Shown here piece after piece: positions 1 through 12,149 of a DNA stretch of 64,000 nucleotides. The position numbers were made by a program, and so were the translations under genes. Location of the stretch: the NCBI GenBank assembly GCA_904063045.1, contig CAJFCJ010000042.1:62001-126000 (forward strand). The letters are read 5' to 3'. Numbering within the stretch: position 1 is the stretch's first letter; each line of letters begins with the position of its first letter. Origin of the DNA: Dimorphilus gyrociliatus. Its lineage: Eukaryota > Animalia > Annelida. The notes below the pieces were generated by a model. The model was not told the DNA's origin and searched no databases. It was given only the letters and a program-made list of their open reading frames with translations.

Positions 1-693
1 ACTTATATTTTCATTTTGTTTTGGATTTTTTGCCTGCATTAAGGACAACAAGGTTCCTGATTTTCCTTTTATAATTGTTGATTACATCCAAAATAGTAAG
101 TTTGTTGACAATGTAGGATTCTTGGACCTTTTCCCACAAGAATTTCAAGCAAATTTAATATTGAAGGTGTTTTTCAATACTAATATTTTGCTTGGCGGCC
201 ATTTTGTAACCGTAGTTTTTTTTATTTACTTCCATTTTTTATATTTAGATCTATTTTAGTTCAGTGGAATTACATTTATACGAAATTTATAGTCAATTTT
301 TATCAAATATGTGAACAATTTTATGATTAAGAGTTGCGAATTTTTTACAAATAATGGAATAATATAAAAGGGTAATGCTAAAACAAGGACTACACTGGTA
401 CCTGTAAAGAATGTGAAATATATATTAAAAATTGACATGAACAGTTGCCCTCCATACTGAAAAAATAATATGACACATGGATTTTTGAATATTTATAAAC
501 AACTTAATAGTTTATCAAAAACCCTAAGAAAACTAGATTCAAGAGATTGCTAAAGAATTATTCCATAATAGAAACAGTAGACCTATCATACAATAAAAGA
601 ATTTGAAATGGTTATTTAAATATTTGTTAAGGATTTCAATAGTCAAAATATGTCCAACAGAAAATTATAGATGAAATTCAATGCAGGTGTGCT

Positions 694-975
694 TTCTTGT
701 ATTGTAATTGTAGAAATATCTGGTTCATCACAACAGAGGTAGACCTTTCCAATCATTTACTAATTTACCAAAGTATTCAAACAAATAAAACTTTTGAAGT
801 TTGTCAACAAATAGTCGTAATAAATGTACTTTCTGTCGAAATTCATCAACAAAATACAGTATTTCAGTCAAAGAATATATTCTGAGTAAAATGAGATACT
901 AGTTGTAAACAAACAAGTTAAAATAACAAATAGATGGTTAGAAAAGTGAACTTTTAACTGTTAATTTTGTGGGGT
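694..975 (-). repeat. Fragment of solo-LTR family R1 (3' part, inverted)
   Basis: Matches the reverse complement of the R1 3' end seen at 43560-43912, 48300-48662 and 60600-60989 (TATTGTAATTGTAG...CCTTTCCAATCATTTAC). Confidence 0.75.
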
Positions 976-1530
976 TAATACACTATTTTAAGGGTTCATA
1001 ATTTTCTAATTTGAACGTTCACAAAAACAAAGGTAACATTCGATGACAATGAAAAGTTCTAAATATGGTCATTCTTTTATTGTTTTCTTCTTCTAAAAAA
1101 TAGTTGAAGGTTGGAGAGTTACATAAGATGCAAACAATTTTATCTATGACAAGTCAAAGAAGGAAGAAAACATGGGTTTAATTGTAATGTTTATAATATG
1201 ACAATTACAGATACAAATATGCCAAATTATATGCGAGAAATAGACACATAGCTATCAAAACTGGTATACTTTTACTCTTGTTGTATTTCTAGGCCTATTT
1301 CTTTACTTTATAAGGTCAGGACAAAGACATTTATTTATTGATAGATTGTCTGTATGGAAAAGTAGCATAATCCTTTTGACTTTCAGTTAAAAAAGTTTTT
1401 ATAAATTGGAATTTCTTTAAAATTAAATTTCTTTTCAAATGTACTCAGATTCATACTAAATGAATCTGATGGTTTTCCATATTGTCCATCCAAACATTGG
1501 ACAAATGCAATGGATTTTAGAAATTTAGTA

Positions 1531-2356
1531 TCATAGTAACTGAAGTAGGTATTGAACTTGCTGTTGTGTTGTAAAACAGTTGAATTGCCTTAAAATATAT
1601 TTCTCAAAGAAGAAGACTGGTGAAACAAAATTGGCTTTTGCTTGAAGTAAAATTTTCCAAATATTACAATCTTTGTAAGTTTTATATTCTAGAATTTCAA
1701 TATTATCAATAGATTTCCATGAACTTTTGCTTGTAAATTCTAGGTACAAATTATTATTTATTAGTATTCTGAAAAAGCTCCTTAATGATTGTTCCACCCC
1801 ATTGGGATATGCTCGAAGAAGATTTTTAATACAGCAGAGTAATTCCCCCGATTGGCCAAATTCTTTTCCAATTCCAAAGGATTTTGCTTGAATGTACTTG
1901 TCCTGATCATTTTCAAGTCTTAGCCTCATGTTTTCAATAATACTAATTTTTTCATGACAAATATTTAGCTCACTTTTATCAATCCAATCAACATTGCAAA
2001 AGCATAAATTCTCTATGGCTGAACCAGACTGTTTTTGTACTGGGAATGAATAGATGATTGTCAGTACCCTGTAGATAATTGTTTAACATTTCACCATAAT
2101 TAAGTAAGTAACAAAGGATAGAAATTGTCATAGTAACTTCATCATATTACAATTCAAGGTTCTATTCTTATCAGTTTTCCTTTTGATTTTTTTTTCAAAT
2201 TTCATTGAAATTTCCAAATGTAGGTGCTCTCTTTACAGTGAGAAAATCTAAGCAATTGTCAGTGTAGACACCTTTCACACAAGCTTTTCCATCAGTTTTA
2301 TAGTTTGAATTTGAAGTCCAGCATCTTCAGCATTCTGAATCATTTCCTGAAATTAA
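1531..2356 (-). pseudogene. Sacsin-like (Hsp90-like ATPase repeat) gene relic
   Basis: EMIQNAEDAG follows an AG acceptor near 2350. LCFCNVDWI..ICHEKIS runs into EFGQSGELLCCIKNLLRAYPNG, which matches the sacsin-repeat motif FGQ..L..RIKNIL..YP. Stops and internal deletions are present. Confidence 0.65.
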
Positions 2357-2594
2357 TAGAATAATCTCTTATCAATTTCAATGTATATTTTTTTGGATTT
2401 AGAAAGACAGAAAATCTTAAATATATTTTTACTTTCAACTGGAATATTCCAGTTGATGCTTTAATGATTTTCGGGTAGATTCCAACCCTACTCAACAAAG
2501 AAATATATTCTTTTTTACAATTTGCAATGAAACTTTAAACCAGCCTGATTGTGCTCGCAAAGAAAAATAAAAGAAAATTTTACTTGTTCATTTT

Positions 2595-4024
2595 TCATTG
2601 TCTCCTGGCAAAATTACCCTCTTTTGCGCTTTGTTTTTCCTCATTCAACTCTTCTTCTCCAATCGTTTCTCTTACAACATTAATAACCTCCACTATATTT
2701 GTGTCTACATCTGGAAGAGAAACGCTTCGATATTGCAAAGACATCATACCCAATTTCAGATTGAAACCATTTTCTACCAGTTCCAGCAATAGCAAGAATA
2801 ATTGGCAATCTCAATGTAATGGCTGCAAAACGAAATTCCATCTGACAATTTCTAGAGGCAACATACTCATCTGACACGCAAGCAACCATATTTTTTGATT
2901 TTTTTAAACCCTGAGCAATATCTTGGAATAAACCAGCTCTATTGACTTGTTCAATGTCCATCCAACATTTAATTCCAGCCTCTTCCAATCTATCCTTTAA
3001 CAATCTTAGATCAGTTTTGCCAATTGCCTTTTCATTGAATTTTGTCCCTTTGCTTTTAGCCTTTTGAGAATTACTCCAACAATAACTTTTAAGGCATGGC
3101 GGCCATTGTGTCGATTTTGAATTGCTTTGTAAAGAATTTTTTAAATCTTTAATTTTTGAATCGAATTTCTCTATGTTTTGCATGTTGATATAGATCTATG
3201 AAAGGTGATAAAAGAGAGATTAAAGGAGAATTAGGTTAATTCTTGTATGTACATAATCCAAGCATAATATTTCAATATCTGTATGTTTTTTCCATTTATC
3301 GCTCTCCTTTTCAAAATACTTCTGTGTCCATTGTTTCTTAAAAATGAACCAGTTTTCCATATCAATCCCTCATCACCATACTGATAAAGTCTCACTTGAA
3401 CTCTATTGAATAATCTGAATGGCAAATTTTCAAAGTTATACAGCATTTTGGTTTGAGACTCTACATCTTGCAAAGACTCCCTTTCTCAAACATGCTATAA
3501 TACATTTTTAATTTGCCAAAGAGTTTTGAACACTTTTAAAATATACTACTCACACGTAGCTCTATATCTGGAAGGAGGCATGGAACTAAACTTGCTTTTT
3601 CATTTTTGAGGCAAAAATAGGTAACTGGCTGATAACTTTTGGAGCTTGTTGAAAAAAAGTTGCCTGCCAGAGTCAAAAATTTCACTTGAATTATGTTAAA
3701 CAGTTCCATTGGTAAATGAGTTAGTGGAAGGTGTTCCAAGTTTAAACTAGTTAGTAGTAGACATTTTCCAATTGATGGACAGATTGTCTTAATTGGACAC
3801 ATTTTTATTTTTAAAAATTTAAGGGAAGGTGATAGCCTATCTATTTGCTTTGAAACTTTGAAATTTTTACACATATCTATTCTATGCAAATTTTCCATCT
3901 TATCAAATGGTCCTCCATCTTGTTTTTCCTCTTCTTCATGACTGCTTTTATACTTAAAAATAATCCATTGTACTAATGATTTTTGATGATTTCTAGTATT
4001 TAAAGCACTTTCAGTGTTGGACAA
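2595..4024 (-). pseudogene. LRR-(Roc missing)-COR-TIR, Roco/TIR_2-type gene relic
   Basis: LRRs in ORF 3536-4024 (LTSLNLEHLPLTHLPMELFNIIQVKFLTLAGN). COR-like LPFRLFNRVQVRL..IWKTGSFL in 3231-3473. TIR_2 SYCWSNS..CWMDIEQV..GLFQDIAQGL..VACVSDEY..NCQMEF in 2680-3183. Frameshift near 2750. No P-loop Roc seen. Confidence 0.75.
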
Positions 4025-4799
4025 GAGAACTAATTCTTTTTAGGGGTGTTATAGGGCTGAACTGAAGATTAGATAGAATAGAATGGAAAGAAAGAGACAG
4101 GTGTGACAAAACTGAAGTATTAAATAATTCTAATACTCTTGAAAGAATTTCCAAAAAAGTTGAATTTGTAAAGCTAAGGCCAAAAATATTAAAAGATTAC
4201 AAGATTTAAAAGAAATCTCTCCCTCTCAAAATTCAATTTCAAATTCAAATCTCTAACACACGATTTTTTAAAAAATGGTGAATTGACACAATGACACAAT
4301 AAGAGATTATTCTCCTCTATTCTTTCTATACAGATATAGAAACAGGGTTAGTTTAAACCAGTGGTTTTGTAGTTTTAAAAGCTCTTTCAACAAAGATTGG
4401 CTACAAGAAAAAAAGGATCAATAGGATAAGATGGAAGAGTATAAGCATATTTTGATGTATCTTTTAGAGAATATTCCCTTCCAAGTGGATCTGTGGTACA
4501 GAAAAAAAAAATTTAGAAAATTATATATTTAAATTATCACATTTACAAACCTTTAATGAAAACTTGAGCTTTCCCAAATCCAACATTATTACTATTTAAT
4601 ATATCATTTACTTCTGTAAAAAATCCAGTTTCAATAAACTCATTAGAATATTTAAAACATTGCTGATATCTATTTGGTTAGAGGTTGAGAAATTTAATGA
4701 AACCGGATGTCCATTTTATTTTTATTTTTATTATATATTGTGTTGTATCTTGTCTTTTGAGTAAAATACAATCATTTAATAGAAAATCGATTTTGAAAG

Positions 4800-5580
4800 G
4801 TAAATTTGAATTCATTATCTATTTGTGAAGCAATAGATATCTGGTTTACCATAGATTTTAAAATTAATATCAATATACTATCCAATGCATTTAGATCCTA
4901 TGCAAGAAGAAGCCCACTCATACTGCTTGTAGAAAATTGCATTTATATAGTCCAGTGCATATTCGCATTTCATTTTCTCCTTGTATTCACTTTTTGCTGT
5001 ACAAGTTGCCCCATTTTCAATAGATGATACATCTGTAAAGAAGTTTGCACTTTCTGCATTTTCTGTAATATCTGCAACTCAAACAGTATGTTTAATAGTA
5101 TTTTACATCTAATTGAATGACTATTAACCATCATCATAAGCATAAATCAATATTGAACATAGGCCTGTGTTATAGTTATCATTGGAAGTATTTACAAATT
5201 CATCCATTTTTTGTAATTGTTTGCCATAGTTCAATTTTGGTAGAAAACACTCAATACTTGCTTTTTGACCCAATATGACCTTGAAGTTTTGGCTGGTGTT
5301 AAAATTAAATTCAATATCTTTTACTTTGTTTTCTAAACCTAAATAGGATTGCGATATACAAAATTCAAGAATGTTGTATTTCTCTCTAAAAGTTAATGTA
5401 ATCTCTTGATTGTAGCATTTAGTTCCACAACTAGTAATCCAAGAATCTAATTTCACCCAATTAGGATAAGGAACATTCTCACATTTACAGTTAAATGTTT
5501 TCCGAGTCTCTTTTACGGATTCACACCAACAGCTAGAATTCATGGACCTATTAGCACATTTTTACCAATTTTCCATCTGG
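4800..5580 (-). pseudogene. Tandem discoidin/F5-8C-like domain gene relic
   Basis: ORF 5124-5543 plus a downstream exon GATCTAKSEY..CEYALD..EWASSCIGSKCIG* containing an in-frame TAG. Confidence 0.45.
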
Positions 5581-7172
5581 AAATTGTTGCTAATTTTTAA
5601 ATGTTAGTTGCAAAAAAATAAAAATGTGGTAATTTTCTAGTTGGGATACCTTACTTTCTGTATACTTTCACCCTAACAACAAATATATATAATGCACTAC
5701 TCAGATGCTATCACTATGGTTCAAGTTTTACATATAGTACCCAACATTTTTTAAAAATCAGCACATACAACAAACAATATAGAAATACAAAACTGTGTTT
5801 TATCATTGCAGAAGAAATTGATATCAAGCAGCAAAGTTGAAAAATTTTAAATGTGTAAACTTTTTCATTGATCTTTTTTAGCAATTATCTTCTATTGAAT
5901 GAACTAAGTTCTATAAATGTATACATGTAATATTATATTCACTGCTCTGCTTTTGAATTGACAGAAAAAAAACTTTAAGATTGTGAAAGGCAATATTTGA
6001 AAAGAAGAGAAGCTTTAAATTATTTAAACATTTGGAAAAATTTATAGTGTTCAACCTTTTATCTTAAACAAATTCTAACACTACTAATAGCCATTAAAAG
6101 CTAATCAGGTTTAAAACAAACACAAAAAGACTCATTCCTAATTCATTAATGACTCATCCAAATTCGAATTTGTAAATTGATTTTCTGTGATTCATTTAAA
6201 TTGATTGTTAAATACAACTGAATCAGATTGAACAAAGTTCATTCTTGGCAAAAGATTGATCAAATTATAAAAAGATTTCATGTAATTAATTGTCTATCTT
6301 TGTATTGATTACTAACAAACAACATTAATTAAAACATTTAACAAGTCTTTCTTGTTTAATAAAGAAAATGTTGAACATGTAGAGTTTGGTGTTTAACAGA
6401 AACTGTTCATAAATGAGAATTTTAAATGAAATCAATATAAATTTTAAATTGAAATCAATATATTGCTTAACCCAACAAATTGGAAATACATTCAAATTTT
6501 CAAATTCTTTGGTTTTTTTGACCTAATTTAAATAATTTGTGAGTACTCAAGTGTCTCTTTATTAAGTTTATACAAAAAGATTAAAGCCGCTTTTATACTC
6601 AATAATTAGAATGTAATAAGTGAAAACAAGACAAAAATTGGTTGATTTTGTTAGAATATAGAGAAATTTTGAAATGCTTAAGTGTATATCTTTAATCTTA
6701 GGATGATTAGCATTATTGTCTTTAAATGATATAAAGGGTCTGTTTTCTGCTCTTGTAAATCATTTTTAATTATGGTTGGTTAAAGAAAAAAGAAAATACA
6801 AAGTTTTTTTTCTCTTTCACTGCAAGATGAATTGAACAATGAATACTGATAATAGAACCAGAAGTTCCTTTAATCTCTGGTGCAGTGACATTTCAGCCCA
6901 CTTTGGGACATTTCGGCCCAAAATATTTCATTTCATGTTAGAAAAATAACAACAAACAACATGTAATTTATAATTGCAGTTTCAATTATATATATATCAT
7001 TCAAAAATTTGAAATATTTTCATTTTTTCAAAAGTATTTTTACTTTTTTTTTGCAATTTCCTTTTCCTGTTGTGACAAAAAGCAGAGGGTTTATTTGTTT
7101 TCCTGTGTTTTTCACCCCAGCTTTGATAGAAATCACAGCACGATTTTGAAATATTGTTGGAAGTGTGGATTG

Positions 7173-9914
7173 GAGTATGGGAAAAAACATCCTTGGGAAA
7201 AAACGTCCCTGGGAAAAAACGTCCCTGGGAAAAAACATCCCAGGGTGGGAAAAAACGTCCCAGTGTGGGAAAAAACGTCCCAAGGTTAGGAAAAATGTCC
7301 CAAGGTTGGGAAAAACAAGTAGTGGGAAAAGATATTTGAATTTTAAAAAAGATTGCTCTATTTTGGGAACCAATGGCAATATACTGAGAATATAATAATT
7401 AATAATGAATATATGTTTATTAAAATGTATTAAAAATGAAAAAAGCTAAGAATGTTATACAAAGTTTAAAAGTTACTAGAATAAAGTATAAAGTACGTTA
7501 AGACACTGAGAATTATTTTGAATAGATTAATGCAATCTTCTGCAAGAGGACATCCCAAACAGCAAATACTTGCTTCTGCTTCTGGATGACACTTTTCTTC
7601 TGATACTTCTTTAGCCTTTTTTCTGATAGAAGTTTCTCTACAACTGGAATAAGACTTGATTCCTGTTTTAAAATATCTATGAGCATATAAAATGACCCTT
7701 TTGCAGGAGTCTTTTCATTTATTCTTCTGTGCCATCCTTCAACATCATTGTTGGTCCTGATGGCAAGACCAAATACAGACCAACAATTTGGTGTCCAAAT
7801 TGAATGCTTAATCCAAGTACTTTCAATGTATTGGAAAAAATCCAAAAATTCATTTCTCTCAAAGGCCTCATCTTTTAGCATGTAGAAACTGTTTAGAATG
7901 GCTTCATCTGGAAGAAAAGGTAATGCCAAAACTTGTTTCAGCAGTCCTGCCTTCTTCTTTTCCATATTATATTGTTGTGTGTATCCCAAATTCTACAATA
8001 ATTTAATAATAAGGCCAACCACTGAATTTAAATATAAGCTTACTTGAATTTTTCTGTAGACAGCTTGTGTCCAATGGAAGACACAACCTTGAATAGGAAT
8101 ATTAGGGTAAACTGAGTTAAGAGCACTCCCTATACCTAATTCAAAATCAACTACAAATTTGTCAGGTTGAAAACCATTTGTCAATTTTTGAATCTCCTTT
8201 TGATAAGATGAAGTTAATGAAACAGAATTAAGCAACCAAATCATACTTACTTTAAGAATCATTTTGTGCACTTTTTTTTTCTTTGATGTTAAAAAAGCAA
8301 ATGCTAATGGAATTTGTTTTGCTTCTCCATCATTTTTAATAAAAGAATGAACAGAAAAAAGCTGTACAAATGGATCCTTCACAGCCTTGAAAGTGCCATC
8401 TAAATACCATACTTTACTTTTACATAATAAAGACAGCTGGTGCTTAGAAGCAAATAGTAAAACTCTTTGATTTCTTACAACAATATCACTTTGAAGAAAA
8501 TCATCTGGTATAAATGTTGTATTAAGTTCAAAATCAATTTCGTTTGGTTCTTTAGGCCTTGATTTTTGCCTATTGATATTGGCTAATCTCCTCAGATTTT
8601 CCAGTTTTGGTAGGTTATTTTCACTTTTATTTAAATTAATTAATAGATCTTCAGCAATTGCTCTTCCTGATGACTTGATGTCTGCATTACAGATTGCTCT
8701 CAATTCTTTTCTAGCAGAAATATTCACAATAAGGCTTTTCCTTTTGTTATGATTGTGTTCATGTTTACTCTTTATGAAAATATTTCCTTTTTGTTGAATA
8801 ATAACTGGACATTGAATATTCTTATTTCTAACAGAACATCTCCAGATGGTTCTCTTGTCACTTCTAGATTTTATATTAAAAGCATAGCCATTGTTGGTCA
8901 AAATATCTTTCCCTTTTTGACTTCCACCAATAATAATATGAAATTTGTCTGAGCTTTCTGTATTCTCATTATTTTCAGTTTCATTTTCATGCAATAAATT
9001 TTCCTCCATATTAGAAGTATTGCTAACTTCTTTAAGACTACAATTGTCTTTAACCATATTATTATGAGTACAACTCAGAGCAGCTTTTACAATAGGATCA
9101 TCATTGATCACATCTGATAAACTAATGAGACAATATCTTTCACTCAAACTTTTGCATGAAGAACACTTATCATCTTTCATTTCTGTAATATTAAGCAAAG
9201 TTAAATAAATGTATGTTTTACATAGTAAATATCACTTTTACAGATATGATGACAAAGTGAACATGTAGTTTCTTGAATCCTGAACTTTTCTGCACAATTA
9301 TTGCAAAATACTCTTTCAGATTCTAAATTGAAAATGAAAAAAGTGAATAATTTAATAAAAACATATAAAGAGACAGACCTTTGATGCATTTGGCATGGAC
9401 ATAATCTTGGCAGTCATTGCATTTCATCTTTCTCTGTCTGCCATAAAATCTTTTATTACAATTAATACAAACAGGTGCCATTACTAAGTTTCTGCAAAAA
9501 TAAATTCACTTTCAACTATCAAATATGGCTGCCTATACAAAAATTATAAATAATAACTCACTGGAAAGAAGTGTTCTTAAAAAATGTATAATCTTGTAAT
9601 ATTCAATAAACTAAATCAATACCAGAGTTTCAATGCTTAAAAAACAAATTAGCCTGAAAATATGCCAAGAAATGCAAAATTTATCTTTCACTTACAGACA
9701 AGACAAGGAAATAACTCATTTCTCTTTTAATAGCATTACATAATTCAGAGAAAACTGGTAAAAACATCACAATACATATCCCTTTCTTCAAAAATATTAA
9801 TATTTTATTCTATAAATGAAATAAACAGCAAAGAGAAAAACATTTCTGATTATAAGTATAAATAATTATGCCAAGTATATCTTTAGCCAGGCATAGGACG
9901 TTTTTTCCCGACCC
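7173..9914 (-). mobile_element. MULE-A (Phantom/Rehavkus-like Mutator element)
   Basis: Termini GGGTCGGGAAAAAAC and GAGTATGGGAAAAAAC. A long GGGAAAAAACGTCCC array lies at 7178-7330 and a short one at 9893-9914. The ends are confirmed by the TSD-flanked derivative at 55349-56460. Confidence 0.92.
7513..9481 (-). CDS. MULE-A transposase (PHD, FLYWCH, DDE), spliced
   Basis: MAPVCINC..CNDCQDYVHAKC/FCNNC (C4HC3 PHD); GYAF..TIWRC..HEHNH (FLYWCH); YLDGTFK, VVDFE, GCVFHW, NDVEGWH (DDE and CxxH). Four short GT-AG introns inferred. Confidence 0.8.
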
Positions 9915-12149
9915 AGATTCCACTGGACCCAACGAAAGTTCAGATGCAAGTTGCGCAGACATTTTTATCATGCAAAATGTTCAAAAAGTAAGTGTATTCT
10001 ATTAAACTTTCCAATGTTTAATGCTATATCATTTATATATTAAGATACAGATGATTGTCATGATGTCAGGAGAAGAAAATTATATATTAAATTGAAGAAA
10101 ATAGATAATAATCATCAGGGTGAAATTCTTCTAGAAAGTGATATTGATATGGAATCTTCAATGGATAATGCAAGTAAACGCAACACAAATGAGGTCATTT
10201 CAATTCTTGAAAAATATTAATATCTCACTCTGAATTATTTTTAACAGCTAAGACTTTTGACTTTAATTCAACTGAATCATCTAATGTTGAAATAGAGGTG
10301 AATCTTCCTGAGAATAGGCCAGATATGAGAGATAAGAGAGTTGACATCAGTGATGAAACTTCATTTGAGATGGATGAGCAGTGTAACATTATGGAAACTG
10401 AAACAGATGAATTCAAAATTGTTGTTGGTGGAAGTACCAAAGGTAAAGACTTACTTCTACACAAAAATTGTTCATATTCTACGAAAAGAAAAACTGAAAG
10501 TTCAATGACCTGGAGATGTACTCAAAGATATGCTAAAAATCCTTGTCCTGCATGCATAATACAAAAAGGATTAAATTTCATTGTAAAAAATGGAAACCAT
10601 CTTCATAAGTTGTATAAAAATCTTGAAAATGTTCTTCAATCAAGAATGGATTTGAAAGAAATGGCAAATGGTAACAATGACGAAACTGGTAAAACAATAG
10701 CAGAAGATATTATTCTTAAATTCAAATATAATATTGAAGATTTACCAGAATTAGAATCACTAAGAAGAAAAGCTTCCAGATATAAAGAGAATAGAAGACC
10801 AAAGCATCCCAGAGATTTTCACTTTGAAATAAATCTAGATGAAATCCCAAAGGATTTCTTATTGAGAGATATAAAAAAAAGAAAAATCAATGTATTATAT
10901 TTGGTACAAATCATCAAATAGAATTACTTGAATGTTGTAAAATTTGGTTCATTGATGCAACTTTCAAAGTTGTTAGAGATCCATTTTATCAACTCTTTTC
11001 AATTCATGGATTCTTGAAAAAACATGATGAATATCAGCAGGTTCCATTGATTTATGTTCTGATGAGTATCAAAAAGAAAAACTGCTATATTGCTGTTCTT
11101 CAGGTTTGAAATATTTGAATATGATTTTCACTTTTAATTAAACTCTTTATAAATGAAAACAGGAGATAAGAAAATTACTGAATGATAAAACACCCAGGAA
11201 ATGTGTTCTTGATTTTGAAAAGGCTATATGGATGTCACTTAAAGACCAGTTTCCTAATTCTGACCTTCAAGGATGCTCTTTTCATTTCAAGCAAGCAATT
11301 TTGAGAAACATTCAGGTAGATTAAATGATACAGCAAACAATTAAATATTCATAGAAAATTTTTTGTTAGAAACTTGGATACATTAATGATTATAAAGAAA
11401 ATGAATATAAAGGGAAAATGTTACAAAAATTGATGTGTTTGGCCTATCTTCCATCAAATTTTGTTGAACAAAAGTTTTTTCAAATAAAAGAAGAACTTTG
11501 TGAAAAGAAATTGTTTTCAGATTTGCTTGATTATATTGAAGAAACATTTATTAAAAGCAGCATTTGGCCTCCTAAATTCTGGTCTGTCTATCAATTGGCT
11601 GTGAGAACAACTAATCATGTTGAGGCATGCCATTCCAGGCTTAAGAAAAACTTGAACATGGATGAGAACTTGTAATCTCTCATAAAAGAATTGAGAAGAG
11701 AAGCTGAGTTAGTAGAGATCTTTGAAAAGTTATTGTCTGAGAAAAAGTTAAGAAAGATACAAAAGAAGAAGTATCAAGATTTACAATTCAAAATATTTCA
11801 GTTGTGGAGTAAATTTGAAGAAAGAGAACTGAGTTTGGATGAATTATTGGATGGACCTGTACATTTAAATATTTTTTAACATTAGTTAACATTTCTTACT
11901 CTGCATTTTAGTTATTGAAAAGTATATTATATTATTCTTTTACTGTTTTGAAATTGTTTCCTTTTTTATTGAAAAAATAAACATAATCCATCATAAAATG
12001 GAAAGTTGTATTCTTGAATATTAATGCTCTAAAATGGGCCGAAATGTCTAAAGTGGGCTGAAATGTCATGGGCCGAAATGTCCCAAAGTGGGCCAAAATG
12101 TCCAAAGTGGGCAAAATATCCAAAAAGTGAAAATTAATCTCTTACCTAA

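Larger units (their letters stand above)
6879..12133 (+). mobile_element. MULE-B (PHD-FLYWCH-DDE transposon, inactivated), interrupted by MULE-A
   Basis: GACATTTCGGCCC repeats at 6885-6922 are inverted relative to those at 12035-12120. TTAATCTCT flanks both sides (6870-6878, 12134-12142), though the right terminus is atypical. Transposase exons lie at 7146-7172 + 9915-9988, 10298-11879, with TAA at 11673-11675. Confidence 0.85.

Noticed and set aside
697-885. Recurring small ORF MYCNCRN(I/F)WF (also 43796, 48456, 60858)
   Set aside because: It lies in the LTR 3' end, and its length and frame vary between copies.
1531-4024. Prokaryotic TIR or sacsin-like anti-phage operon
   Set aside because: Spliceosomal acceptors, eukaryotic neighbours and no operon features.
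7178-7330. Regular short repeats resembling a CRISPR array (also 12035-12120, 35710-35826, 38502-38600, 57645-57749)
   Set aside because: There are no unique spacers of constant length and no cas genes. The arrays have inverted partners, often with 9-bp TSDs, so they are MULE subterminal repeats.
7020-7395. Overlapping ORFs across TIR arrays (also 13012-13437, 56274-56493)
   Set aside because: They arise from stop-free repeat sequence and have no protein-like features.
7164-9923. MULE-A as a Spy-type TSD-less transposon
   Set aside because: The protein has Mutator motifs, the site is not AAA|TTT, and its derivative has a TSD.
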